From the NCBI GenBank assembly GCA_040220235.1, contig JAVJTO010000024.1: a DNA stretch of 64,000 nucleotides; one strand, 5' to 3'. The notes beneath the pieces are model-generated. The model ran no database searches and was not told the DNA's origin. It saw nothing but the letters and a program-made list of their open reading frames with translations. Every line of letters starts with the position of its first letter. Position 1 is the first letter of the stretch. The translations under genes and the position numbers were made by a program. Shown piece by piece: positions 18,041-28,117 of the stretch. Origin of the DNA: Coleofasciculus sp. B1-GNL1-01 (GTDB taxonomy: Bacteria > Cyanobacteriota > Cyanobacteriia > Cyanobacteriales > Coleofasciculaceae).

Positions 18041-19246
18041 ATGCCTTGGCGCGATCGCAATTTACCCGATCAGGGGTTAATGTCAGACAACTCGGTAGAA
18101 TATGAAAGACATTGTGACTCAAGACTATCTGTGGCTAAGCCAAAACCTTCTCTTGCAAGAACTCCTCTGTTTGACCTTGCCGTTGAACAAAATGCCCGCT
18201 TCACTGGCTTTTCGGGTTGGGAAATGCCAGTGCAATACAGCAGTATTGGACAAGAACACGAAGCAGTACGCACCGATGCGGGAATGTTCGATATCTCCCA
18301 CATGGGGAAATTTGCCTTTACCGGGAAGCAGCTATGGCAAGCGTTACAGCGATTAGTCCCGTCCGATTTGAGTCGATTACAATCCGGTCAAGCCCAATAC
18401 ACGGTATTGTTGAATCCTCAAGGGGGGATCATTGATGATGTGATTGTTTACCACCAAGGGGAGGACGAAACGGGCGCAGCGCAGGGGATGATGATTGTTA
18501 ATGCAGCAACTTGTCAGAAGGATAAAGACTGGTTGTTAGCCCAACTGGAAAACACCGGGGTAAAATTACTCGACCTTTCTGAGGAAAACGTCTTAATTGC
18601 TTTGCAAGGACCCCAAGCTGAGGCGTATCTACAACCCTTGGTTCAGGAAGATTTAACCGCACTGAAATCCTTTGGACATCTCAATGCAACGATTCTAGAT
18701 CAACCCGGATTTATCGCCAGGACAGGTTACACTGGCGAAGATGGGTTTGAGGTGATGGTTCCACCGGAGGTTGGGGTAGAACTGTGGCGGCGTCTGTTCC
18801 AAGCTGGGGTGACTCCCTGCGGCTTGGGGGCGAGGGATACATTGCGATTAGAAGCTGGGTTGGCACTTTATGGACAAGATATTGATGATACGACGACTCC
18901 CCTAGAAGCTGGTTTAAGTTGGCTGGTACATTTAAACCGTAAAGGCGATTTTATCGGACGTTCTGTATTAGAAGCGCAAAAAGCCAATGGTGTGGAACGT
19001 CGGTTAGTGGGGATTGAAATGCAGGGGCGACATATAGCCCGTCACGGTTACTCGGTACTATCTGATGGCAAAGTCGTGGGAGAGGTAACGAGTGGGACTT
19101 ATTCACCCACATTAGGGAGAGCGATCGCACTTGCCTATTGTCCCACATCCCTCGCCAAGATCGGTCAACCGTTAGAGGTAGAAATTCGCGGTAAGACTTA
19201 TCCCGCCGTTGTTGTCAAAAAACCCTTTTATCGCGCCAAAAAATGA
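18041..19246 (+). CDS. gcvT: Glycine cleavage system aminomethyltransferase T (true start possibly GTG 18131)
   Basis: GWEMPVQY, FDISHMG, RTGYTGEDGFE, GLGARDTLRLEAG. Confidence 0.97.
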   Translation: MPWRDRNLPDQGLMSDNSVEYERHCDSRLSVAKPKPSLARTPLFDLAVEQNARFTGFSGWEMPVQYSSIGQEHEAVRTDAGMFDISHMGKFAFTGKQLWQALQRLVPSDLSRLQSGQAQYTVLLNPQGGIIDDVIVYHQGEDETGAAQGMMIVNAATCQKDKDWLLAQLENTGVKLLDLSEENVLIALQGPQAEAYLQPLVQEDLTALKSFGHLNATILDQPGFIARTGYTGEDGFEVMVPPEVGVELWRRLFQAGVTPCGLGARDTLRLEAGLALYGQDIDDTTTPLEAGLSWLVHLNRKGDFIGRSVLEAQKANGVERRLVGIEMQGRHIARHGYSVLSDGKVVGEVTSGTYSPTLGRAIALAYCPTSLAKIGQPLEVEIRGKTYPAVVVKKPFYRAKK

Positions 19247-19485
19247 TAGTCTGACATACACCCTCTAGGGGCGACCCGCTTGCACTAATTAACAACACCA
19301 GTGTACTCAATGGAATTGGGTCGCCCTCCACTGAATTGTCACTCAATTTTCTGTTTGGCAGACTCATACCCAATCCGATGAAGTCATCCTGATTATCCTC
19401 TGGGTACTTTTTCTTTTGACTCCTTCTGTCCTCTGCTGTCTGCCTTTTGCCTTGTCCCTACTGGGTAGTTAACCCGGATTTAGTA

Positions 19486-20181
19486 TCAAGCCCTTAAAGT
19501 TGCCAAATAAACCTGTAGGGTTTCAATATATTCATCATCAATGATTTCAAACCCATTAGGAACTTGACGACTTTCTTCAATGAATCCGGGTTCAGTAAAA
19601 TAGTAGTCTCGAAAGAGTCCTCGCGTTTTGTAGACGACTTCATGCGTAAACCCAGCTTCGTCTAATTCAGCTTCAGTTTTCGGAAAGTTTGCCATACTAC
19701 TTTGAGAAAAGATTAAATATCCACCCGGATTCAGAAATTTCCGGCTTTGTTTAATCATTTCCGTAATAAACCAGCGGCGGTCAGGGGTGCTGGCTTTACA
19801 GAAGGGAGGATTACACAACACCAGATCGTAACGCTCTGGTATGGGGTCAAAACTCATCCAATCTTTCACCCAAGCATGACGATAACTTACATTATTCTGC
19901 TTGGCATTTTCCTTGGCAACATTGTTCACCTCCTCACTAATATCCGTAATATCCATACTCCTCGCACCGAGTTTCAGAGCAAGAATGGCATGAATTCCAG
20001 AACCCGCTCCAATTTCAATAACTGATTTGCCACAAAATACATGAGGAACTCGAATCATTCCATTGGCTAAAGCGTGTCCATGAGGTGTCGGTTTCCAAGC
20101 CTCACCGCTCAAATTAATTTTGATCACAAACGGATCAAAAAAATATTTGGTTAATGTTTGGGATTTGGTGATAGTTGTCAT
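19486..20181 (-). CDS. Class I SAM-dependent methyltransferase with NPPF motif (HemK/MTS-like, likely N-methylating)
   Basis: VIEIGAGSG motif I; DLVLCNPPF motif IV. Confidence 0.85.
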   Translation of the reverse strand: MTTITKSQTLTKYFFDPFVIKINLSGEAWKPTPHGHALANGMIRVPHVFCGKSVIEIGAGSGIHAILALKLGARSMDITDISEEVNNVAKENAKQNNVSYRHAWVKDWMSFDPIPERYDLVLCNPPFCKASTPDRRWFITEMIKQSRKFLNPGGYLIFSQSSMANFPKTEAELDEAGFTHEVVYKTRGLFRDYYFTEPGFIEESRQVPNGFEIIDDEYIETLQVYLATLRA

Positions 20182-20377
20182 AGTTAATTAGGGGTGAATA
20201 TTTACAGGAATTGAATCAACAAAAAGGCCAAGTAACCTAAGCTTTTGGTTAACAAATGACTTAGGCTTAAATTAGGGAGTTGCGTAAAAATAAAGTACCA
20301 GTGAGGAAAGTTTTATTCATCAACTCAGCCAAGCTTGATTGGTATATTATTAAGCCGCAAGTCCCTTAGCAAAAAGG

Positions 20378-20929
20378 TCAAGAATAATTTAGATAACGTT
20401 CACTCAATTGACCTGTTTTTAGATCGTATAGATGACACTTCTTAATCGGTAGCGAGTAGAGATGTAATGTAATGGCTTGCTGACTCAGAGGCTTAATCGA
20501 ATGCCACGTCCGCGTAGAATTCATCAAACGGGATTTATCACCTTGGTGATACATTATCCTATCCGTCTCACGTAAGATAAAACGTTGATCACGATGCAGC
20601 GTTGGCTGATAGAGTGTTTCTTCAATTGTGCCTTCGACAACATAAATCCAACAATCTTGACTTTGATGATCGTGAATTGGGCTAGCTTGTCCCTTCTGCC
20701 AACATAGAATCAGCAGTTCATATAAGTCTGTGCTGTGGACTAAATTGCGAGTATAAGACCGCTCGTTCCAGGTACAGTAAGAGGCTATACTGTCCAGGGG
20801 TATATCAAGAGACTGAATCAGTTGGTCATAATAAGATGAATTTTTAGTCGCTGGAATACTTAATCCATCAGTAAGTTTATCCAAAGAGGATATTGTTGAA
20901 ATACGGCTTAAATTCATCGCCAAAAACAC
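20378..20929 (-). CDS. Cysteine dioxygenase family protein
   Basis: YTRNLV, LILCWQKGQASPIHDH, WHSI, TLHLYS: 3-His cupin with substrate Arg and catalytic Tyr. Confidence 0.88.
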   Translation of the reverse strand: MFLAMNLSRISTISSLDKLTDGLSIPATKNSSYYDQLIQSLDIPLDSIASYCTWNERSYTRNLVHSTDLYELLILCWQKGQASPIHDHQSQDCWIYVVEGTIEETLYQPTLHRDQRFILRETDRIMYHQGDKSRLMNSTRTWHSIKPLSQQAITLHLYSLPIKKCHLYDLKTGQLSERYLNYS

Positions 20930-20999
20930 AAAAATTTACAACAAATCTTTGATGAAACCTCTAGCCAACCTGTAGTTTTACTTAGTCAATAGGGAACGC

Positions 21000-21030
21000 A
21001 AAAACGACTGGGGAGGCTTTGCCTCCCCAC
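21000..21030 (-). terminator. Putative intrinsic terminator after the DyP gene
   Basis: Hairpin TGGGGAGGC-TTT-GCCTCCCCA followed on the minus strand by GTCGTTTTT. Confidence 0.5.
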
Positions 21031-21031
21031 A

Positions 21032-21136
21032 TACAGCAGTTCCCGATGTTATGAAGTACAGTAGCAGCAATGAAGAAACTAAGTTCTGAGATATTGGAGA
21101 TTGATACTATACCCTATTGCAGCGGAAACCGCTATA
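21032..21136. mobile_element. Putative MITE with TA-bounded imperfect TIRs
   Basis: TACAGCAGTTCCC ... GGAAACCGCTATA; ends resemble the nested element at 7409-7499. Confidence 0.45.
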
Positions 21137-21145
21137 AACCTATCC

Positions 21146-23188
21146 TCAACTATAGTAAATACCCGAGTTAGCATTGGGGGTACAGTCAGGGACGATATTG
21201 CCGTAGCGTTCATCCAATAGCCAATATCCCTCTAAACCAGACTCATATCCTGTTAAGCGTTGGTTCATCTTTTCTCTGATTTCCGCTTCAGAACGAGCGT
21301 AATTCCAGAGTCGAGCTTCAGCCATGTACCCGTAAAAATAACGACTACTGTCTCCATCTAGGCTACGTCCAATGTAGAGGGGGGAGTGATGGACAATAAC
21401 CTCTCCTTCCACGGGTCCTTCTGCCTTCAATTCACCATTAATGTAGGTTTTTGCCGTGGTGCCATCATTGGTAATCGCTAAGTGATACCATTGATTCCAT
21501 TGAATTGAACCATTAGACGTATTGGGCGCTCCTGCATTCCAGCCGGCTGGAGTATGGAAGCGGTGGTGAACATATCCCGCATTATTTAACCAGATATTAA
21601 AATTTCGACCTGGTTTGCCAATAACACCCTGCCAAGCGTCTTTCGGATCACCGGGTTTAAGCCAAACTTCGACCGTATAAGTTTGCACCCGCAAACTCGG
21701 ATTATCTGAAATGACGAGATAATCATTTTTCCCATCAAAACACATGGTCGAATAAGTATCCAGTGTTTCTGGCGTGAGTTCTTCACTGACGGGACTCAAG
21801 GTTTTCAAGAAACTCAGACTGGGGGCAAAAAAGTATTCCCCACCTTTCATATGTACCCACAGCTTAAACTTACATTCTGTGGTTGTTGATTCTCCCCAAC
21901 CCGTGGGCCATTTGTGAGTTCCAGCCTGTTGACCAATAATCGGATCAGGACCCGTATTCACATTGACAAAATTATTCTGGTTTGCCCAGGACGCTTGCAT
22001 GAAATTGAACTGATTTTCAATATTCCCCTGGAAGCATAAAAACAGCAATCCTGAACCCGATGAGGATTCGCGGGTAATGTCATTTTCCCCATAACTAATC
22101 CCGCGACGGGCAATCCGATGACCCCGTTCTGTCTCTAAGGCTTGCTCGTAATCAACCGCAGACCCGACTCGTCCCGTATCTCCACGGGGATTCGTTTTGC
22201 GAACGTGAGCATGGAATGGACATTTTGTGCCTTGGGTATCATCGTCAAAGCCAAAACTATTGGTATCGGATGAGGCAGGTATCGCTGAACGGGTGACGGG
22301 TGTACCATCTTTAAAACGACCAACAGTCATCGCACCCGCTAAATCATTGTCCACCCCTAACTTTTCTGCGAGTTGGCGCACTTCTTCATGGAACGCTCTG
22401 ACATTTTGTTCTAGTTTCCGGTAGACTAAATAACTGCCGTAACTATCCTCCGTTGTCCCATTGGGATCTTTGGCTAAAACCAAACTCAGCGATGCCCGAG
22501 AATCCCATTTTTCAAATTCGCAGTTGTTATATTTATCTTTGATAATATCCCGTTTCAAAAATAGCGGCTGACTCACACCATCTACATAGCCAAAATGTTC
22601 AATGGGTTGGTTTTTCTCGTTTCTGAGGACAAACCCATCTTCCCGATTGACAATATCCGCTACCTTAAGCAGTTTTTGTGACATCCGGTTGACTTCTTGG
22701 AGTAAATCCACCACATCATCATCTGCCATTAAGACCAAGGCATGAATTTCCTCTTGATATCCGGGTTCCCATTCTTCCACCACCGGATCACCCATTAAAT
22801 TCCTGACTGCATCGTTTTTCATGCCAAAGCGAAACGGCTGATCCTTGGGCGTGCGGAAGGGCTTAACTTCTAGATATTCATAGCCAAAACGAGATAAAAA
22901 GAAGTTGGCAAATAGACTCCCCTTGGCTTTGTACTTGCGGTAAAGTTCAGCTTCATCTGCCTGCTGCTTTGCCGAGGTGACATATTTGCGACTAAACCCT
23001 TGAATCCATTTCTTAGCGTCCTCGACTTTATCCGGTTTAAATTTTAAGAAGAGATGGACACTATGCTCTCGTCCATGTCCTTTAAGAATATTGCCTTGTA
23101 AATCGGTGAGTAAAGTTTTGTACTTAGGATCTGCTGGGTCAATGCCATACTCATGAACTGTGCTTAAATCTTGGTCAGTTAGTGCCAT
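21146..23188 (-). CDS. DyP-type heme peroxidase fused to a C-terminal LamG/pentraxin-like domain
   Basis: DLQGNIL, FGYVDGVSQP (GxxDG), PFHAHVRKTNPR (proximal His), IARRGISY, GGEYFFAPS; LamG: FDGKNDY, TVEVWLKP, QWYHLAIT, EARLWN. Confidence 0.92.
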   Translation of the reverse strand: MALTDQDLSTVHEYGIDPADPKYKTLLTDLQGNILKGHGREHSVHLFLKFKPDKVEDAKKWIQGFSRKYVTSAKQQADEAELYRKYKAKGSLFANFFLSRFGYEYLEVKPFRTPKDQPFRFGMKNDAVRNLMGDPVVEEWEPGYQEEIHALVLMADDDVVDLLQEVNRMSQKLLKVADIVNREDGFVLRNEKNQPIEHFGYVDGVSQPLFLKRDIIKDKYNNCEFEKWDSRASLSLVLAKDPNGTTEDSYGSYLVYRKLEQNVRAFHEEVRQLAEKLGVDNDLAGAMTVGRFKDGTPVTRSAIPASSDTNSFGFDDDTQGTKCPFHAHVRKTNPRGDTGRVGSAVDYEQALETERGHRIARRGISYGENDITRESSSGSGLLFLCFQGNIENQFNFMQASWANQNNFVNVNTGPDPIIGQQAGTHKWPTGWGESTTTECKFKLWVHMKGGEYFFAPSLSFLKTLSPVSEELTPETLDTYSTMCFDGKNDYLVISDNPSLRVQTYTVEVWLKPGDPKDAWQGVIGKPGRNFNIWLNNAGYVHHRFHTPAGWNAGAPNTSNGSIQWNQWYHLAITNDGTTAKTYINGELKAEGPVEGEVIVHHSPLYIGRSLDGDSSRYFYGYMAEARLWNYARSEAEIREKMNQRLTGYESGLEGYWLLDERYGNIVPDCTPNANSGIYYS

Positions 23189-23273
23189 GGATATACTCCT
23201 GATTTTAAGGTGGGAATGACACTGCTGCCGTTATTGGCAACGGCAACAGTGCAGAATTCAAGATGAAATGAAT

Positions 23274-25787
23274 TTACGCTTCTAGCTTCACCATCGTGGC
23301 TTTAGACGGCTTACCGATGTCATTGACATAGAACATCATGTAATAGCCCGGAGGGTAAAGATTCGCGTTTTCCGGTGCGGTGAAATCAATTGAAGAGGGT
23401 GTACCGAGAGCAACGTTTTTAATCGTCGCTGGTGCTAACAGTTGTCCGTAGTCTAAACTGTGAGTCACGGTTCCCAATTTCACCAGAACCAGTGAGCCAT
23501 CTTGGGTCGCATCTTTGACGGTGATGGTGCCAGATTCACCATAGTTTAATGTTTCAGGTGCCTGGGTAATTTCTGGACGTGCCCCGGGTTTAAACAGATA
23601 GGGAGGGCTGAAGATTTCCGCCTGCCAAATCTCTGCTGGAATAAAGGGTAAGGGGTCTTCTTCTGCGAAATAACTGTTTTGGGGGTCAGCGTAATAGTTT
23701 TTCAGGAAGCTGTCATACTCAGCATCAGAATTAACTTTTCCGGAACCCTTAGGTTGATTGGGTTTATCGCTGAGTGGGGCTAAGACGTAGTACTCACTAG
23801 GATCAGGTAAATCATCAACCCGAACTGTTCCATCTTTAGCCCGTGCCGCCCGACGGGGATTACCACCAATGCTTAAAACCCGAGCATCGGGTAACAAGAG
23901 CGCCCCATTATGATACAGCCGGGGAAACTGAGCTGGACTCATGGATTTCGTCGTATAGCCCCCTGGTGCATTCTCATCGGGTGTCATCAGCACCGGTTCA
24001 TAAATGGGATCATATTCGGCATATTCACCCCCATTAATCACCAAGACTTCTTTTGTGGGTAAAATTACCGCCATATTCATGGCGCGGGGTTGATCCAAAA
24101 AGTTGTCGATGGCTTTCCATTCACCAGACTTTTTACCTGAATTTTCCGGAGAAATCCAACGTTCTAAGCTGGTGGAAATCCGCGCACCTTTTGCCTTGAG
24201 TGACTCATTTAAATCGGGGAATTGGGGCCAGCCGTAGGCAAGGCTATTCGTGTCTACTAAACCTCCGACAAGTAACACATCGCCTTGGTAATAAGGGTCA
24301 AGGAGTCCAGTTCCATAAACCTTAGACAGTTCCTCGCGGTCAGCCGCTACTTCAAACTTGACATCCAAGTTGCCATTACCGTTATCGATGACGGACATCA
24401 AGTAACTCTTGTTACTGGCGTGAATTTCTAGGGGGAATTTACCCGCACCATCACCCGTAATCATTAACCGACCATCGGCAGTGGGAAAGATACGGGGATA
24501 AACATCGATACTATCGTAAGCATCGATTGTTTTGGTAATTTGTTTGCCGTTGTACTCGTACTTGTCTTCGTATTCGACTTTGACATTAAAAGGACTGTCT
24601 TCAATGTAGTCGAGATCGATGTAACTCAGTTTCTTGGTTTTGGGGTCATAGATTTCAATCGTGTGAGCAATCTGACCCGGTCTACCAAATTTCAGTCCAG
24701 AGAAAATGACAATTTTGCCGTCAGCTAGGGGGACTAAACTGGGATACCAACGTCCTTCATTGAATAAACCAGCAGTTGTCCATTTGTTTTCTTTCCAGTT
24801 GTAGATGTTGGTTTGTTTCGAGCCTTCAAAGTTTTCGCCGGGATAGTAGCGATTGGTGCCACTGACAAACAGGACATTTCCATCTAATAGATGGATATGA
24901 CCAGAACAGAAAAGATCATTACTTTGACCATTTTGGACAGCGGGAGGCGAATCGATGCGTTGATAGGTTCCCGTTTCTGGATCAAATAGAGATGTATTGT
25001 TGACGACATCATAGTCCGCCGAATTTACCCCATCACTAAACTCAACTTTATCGCCGTCTTTGATCAGAGTATTCCGATTACTACTGCCGTTAGCAATCAG
25101 GACTTTCCCATTGGGAAGAACCGCTGTATGCACAGCTTGCATCCAATCGTCTTGGTTAGGGGGTAAGGGAACAGTTTCCCATGCACCGACTTCGGCTCTG
25201 GGATCATTAGCTTGACCGTAAATCGTAGCAATGAATTTAGTCCCATCCAGATCAGCGTCTTTTCTCGGACCAACAACAAAATCAACATCAGAACCTTTCT
25301 TGACAGTCGCCTTGACGCTGAATGTCACGCCCTGACTATCGTTGCCTTCAATTTTTTGTGACCAAACTCGTTCACCATCAACGAAGATATAGCCTTTGAT
25401 GCCATCACCACCGAGTTCGGCTTTTGCCAGTTGACCGGTAATCGTGATGTCACCATCGACTTCGCTTTTCCAGCGACGGATGGGCCATTTTTTGTAACCG
25501 GCTCGACTGGGTTTAGCCAAGTCGGAGGATAGCTTGGTGTTGGGATCAACTTGCCAACTGCCGCCTGTATAAGCGGACATCTCTTCAAAGTAAGGGACGT
25601 ACAGTTGCTCACCAACGTAGCCGTAGAACCAATTCTCCTTTCCTTGCGTTCCGGAAAACTCACTGATTGAATCGGCAATTTTCACACTGGGCGCTGCTTG
25701 CGCTCGTGCTGGAGTTGGATTGACAATTAATGCCAACAACCCCAGCATGAAAACCGATAGGAAGGCTAGGATTTTCTTTTTCTTCAT
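23274..25787 (-). CDS. Secreted galactose/glyoxal oxidase-like copper radical oxidase (Kelch propeller + C-terminal Ig-like domain, extra N-terminal beta domain)
   Basis: Sec signal MKKKKILAFLSVFMLGLLALIVNPTPARA; DLFCSGH (Cys), GRWYPS (Tyr), RLYHNGALLLPDARV (Tyr-His), TVTHSLD (His), PPGYYMMF. Confidence 0.9.
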   Translation of the reverse strand: MKKKKILAFLSVFMLGLLALIVNPTPARAQAAPSVKIADSISEFSGTQGKENWFYGYVGEQLYVPYFEEMSAYTGGSWQVDPNTKLSSDLAKPSRAGYKKWPIRRWKSEVDGDITITGQLAKAELGGDGIKGYIFVDGERVWSQKIEGNDSQGVTFSVKATVKKGSDVDFVVGPRKDADLDGTKFIATIYGQANDPRAEVGAWETVPLPPNQDDWMQAVHTAVLPNGKVLIANGSSNRNTLIKDGDKVEFSDGVNSADYDVVNNTSLFDPETGTYQRIDSPPAVQNGQSNDLFCSGHIHLLDGNVLFVSGTNRYYPGENFEGSKQTNIYNWKENKWTTAGLFNEGRWYPSLVPLADGKIVIFSGLKFGRPGQIAHTIEIYDPKTKKLSYIDLDYIEDSPFNVKVEYEDKYEYNGKQITKTIDAYDSIDVYPRIFPTADGRLMITGDGAGKFPLEIHASNKSYLMSVIDNGNGNLDVKFEVAADREELSKVYGTGLLDPYYQGDVLLVGGLVDTNSLAYGWPQFPDLNESLKAKGARISTSLERWISPENSGKKSGEWKAIDNFLDQPRAMNMAVILPTKEVLVINGGEYAEYDPIYEPVLMTPDENAPGGYTTKSMSPAQFPRLYHNGALLLPDARVLSIGGNPRRAARAKDGTVRVDDLPDPSEYYVLAPLSDKPNQPKGSGKVNSDAEYDSFLKNYYADPQNSYFAEEDPLPFIPAEIWQAEIFSPPYLFKPGARPEITQAPETLNYGESGTITVKDATQDGSLVLVKLGTVTHSLDYGQLLAPATIKNVALGTPSSIDFTAPENANLYPPGYYMMFYVNDIGKPSKATMVKLEA

Positions 25788-26018
25788 GAATGATTTAGAC
25801 TAAAAAACTGTACCAAGTTGAGTCGGTAATTTGAGGTAGCCAACTCATCCTTATTTATGTTCAGATTTAGTTAGTATAGGATGTTTTGGCTACCTTTGGG
25901 CAAAAAAGTCAACTCATGATGACGACTAATCTAAACAGCGATAAAGTAGATTGTTTTGTAGCCGTCATCAGGTTTAAACGAGATTTTTTTCAAGTTTTTA
26001 AGTTGACATTTGCCTCAA

Positions 26019-27914
26019 TTAGGTATAAGCACCTCCGCTTCCTGTTGCTGCTTCTGCCTTTTCCAAGACCCACCACTCTTGAGCATTTTCCACGGTCGTA
26101 AAATAGCCAGGGTATTTGGTGTCCCGCGTCAATCGTTGATTCGTCCAGTAGAGGTTGGTCAGATAGACTTTATCCCCATAGCGAATCTTGGCATCACCAC
26201 CATCGACTTTAGTAATCTGCCATCCTTGCATTTGCTGATTGTAGAGAGACCAGTAGTAGCAATTATGCCGATCGCGAAAAGCTCCCAAGATGTTACCTTG
26301 AGCCAATCCCGTTTCAGTTGATAGGATTTGCACGATCGCGTTATGGGTTAGTTCTCCATTGCCATTTCCCAGTTTCAGCTTCACCTGACCACTGGCGTCC
26401 AGCCGGGGGAAGTAATAACCAGAGTGATCGGCGCTGATTAGATACCGCCCATCTTGGCTTTTCAGGTAGAACTCTTCGCCAAATTTGATCGCCTCTTTCT
26501 TCGGTTCATGCTTCTGCACAAACTTAACCAAGTCCGCCATGGTGAAGTTATCCCCCTCACCTAAATAAGGCTTCCAGGGTTTGGGCGCATTCACGTAAGA
26601 TTCGGGATCTTCCTTAATAATCCGTAGCAATGTCATCGCCACAATCCGCCCCCCTACTGGTCCAAGTTTGCCGCCATGAGCTTCCGCTTCGGCTAAACAG
26701 TAAAACCACAAGGGCGTTTCCGTTAGTCCTGCGTCTTTTACCTTTTGGTGCAGGGGAATCGGATTCACCCCAAATGCCTTGGCGACTTCTTCACCACTGG
26801 GTAGGCTATAGGACACGGCTCCCCGTAACAAATTCCGAAATGCCAGAGAATTCTCACCCCGATCTTTTGCCGCTTTGGGTACAAAGGGTAGATCATAGAA
26901 TTCGTGCGCCATCCAGGTATCAATCTTCCGCGCCTTCTGGGGTTCAATCGAGCTATCCACCTCAAAGAAGAAACGCCAATCCACTATATTTTCGGGAGCG
27001 ACGGCATTAAACACCGATAAGGCATTACCGGGTTTATCTTTAAAGTTCTCGAACAGGTCTACATTTAAACGATTGGCATTAATGTGGTAGTGGGAACGAG
27101 TCAACGTGTGACCAAACCGATAGGCGGCGCCAGCAAATTCGACAGGAATGGTTGGTGCATCACACCAGATTGGATCAGACTTGTAATTGTCACTGTCTAA
27201 AACATCCTGTACAGCCTGATCGAGAACCTCTTTGACAATGATTCGGGGCAAGAAATCATGGCGAACAATCCATTGATAATGCCGTTGCACTGCTCGCTTG
27301 GCTTTCTCGAATTCCACATCTTTATGTTGGACAGGTTCAAAGATTTCGATATCTTCATTTTCGATTCCTTCCAACACCGCGTTGTGGAATTTCATGAACA
27401 GCAACTGCAACTGAGAGATGATGCCGTTTTCATCATTGCGGGATTCAGGGATTAATGCCCGTCCTTCACGGTTACGCGGCAGATCATTATCGGGATTGTT
27501 TTCACTGCCAATCAGAAAGAAGTCTTTGTGTTTACGTTGATAGAGAAAGGGAATGGCTTCCGGTCCATCACCATAGACAGAATCTAAGTCAAATATTGGG
27601 GTACGGATATTCGGGATTGACTCGACATCACCAAAGACTTTGTTAAGACCGGAGGTAGTATCAAAGGTGATGTCATGGTCGATAAATTGACCCAAGAAGA
27701 CGTAGCCATCGGGAATATCACTATCCCCTGATGGATCTTCATTGTCTCCTTCGTCCATGCTATTAGCCAGTTTGAGTAAGGCGTCTTCGATATCTTTACG
27801 TTCGACAACTTTGCCTTTCGGTAATAGTCTGCCAAAGAATCCTTGATGTGTACCTTTTTGGGCTGAGGCTTCCAGGAGTTGTTGAAACGGGCTCATCCCG
27901 TGATGTTGTGGCAT
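26019..27914 (-). CDS. Heme peroxidase (peroxidase-cyclooxygenase superfamily) with a C-terminal beta-rich domain (beta-trefoil-like)
   Basis: FLGQFIDHDIT, DLDSVYG, RNDEN, AAYRFGHT, TPLWFYCLAEAE, LGPVGGRIVA; C-terminal repeats IKFGEEFYLK / IRYGDKVYL. Confidence 0.88.
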   Translation of the reverse strand: MPQHHGMSPFQQLLEASAQKGTHQGFFGRLLPKGKVVERKDIEDALLKLANSMDEGDNEDPSGDSDIPDGYVFLGQFIDHDITFDTTSGLNKVFGDVESIPNIRTPIFDLDSVYGDGPEAIPFLYQRKHKDFFLIGSENNPDNDLPRNREGRALIPESRNDENGIISQLQLLFMKFHNAVLEGIENEDIEIFEPVQHKDVEFEKAKRAVQRHYQWIVRHDFLPRIIVKEVLDQAVQDVLDSDNYKSDPIWCDAPTIPVEFAGAAYRFGHTLTRSHYHINANRLNVDLFENFKDKPGNALSVFNAVAPENIVDWRFFFEVDSSIEPQKARKIDTWMAHEFYDLPFVPKAAKDRGENSLAFRNLLRGAVSYSLPSGEEVAKAFGVNPIPLHQKVKDAGLTETPLWFYCLAEAEAHGGKLGPVGGRIVAMTLLRIIKEDPESYVNAPKPWKPYLGEGDNFTMADLVKFVQKHEPKKEAIKFGEEFYLKSQDGRYLISADHSGYYFPRLDASGQVKLKLGNGNGELTHNAIVQILSTETGLAQGNILGAFRDRHNCYYWSLYNQQMQGWQITKVDGGDAKIRYGDKVYLTNLYWTNQRLTRDTKYPGYFTTVENAQEWWVLEKAEAATGSGGAYT

Positions 27915-27934
27915 GTTTGTCTAGTTTTAGAAAC

Positions 27935-28117
27935 TCAATTTTCTCGGTTACAAGAGGGTTCAACCTCTCCGGAAACACTGTTTAATACAGGGGTTTTAGT
28001 ACAACTGGATTTCCCAATCAATATAAGCTGATGCTCTAAATTTACCGGCATCACTAATAGGAAGAACGTACATCCAACCAAAAACAAGCAAAACATCAAC
28101 TTGTTAGTTAAATGCAT
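27935..28117 (-). CDS. Possible small secreted/membrane peptide at the head of the peroxidase cluster
   Basis: 60-aa ATG ORF, hydrophobic N-half, 4 Cys, ends 20 bp before the peroxidase ATG. Confidence 0.35.
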   Translation of the reverse strand: MHLTNKLMFCLFLVGCTFFLLVMPVNLEHQLILIGKSSCTKTPVLNSVSGEVEPSCNREN

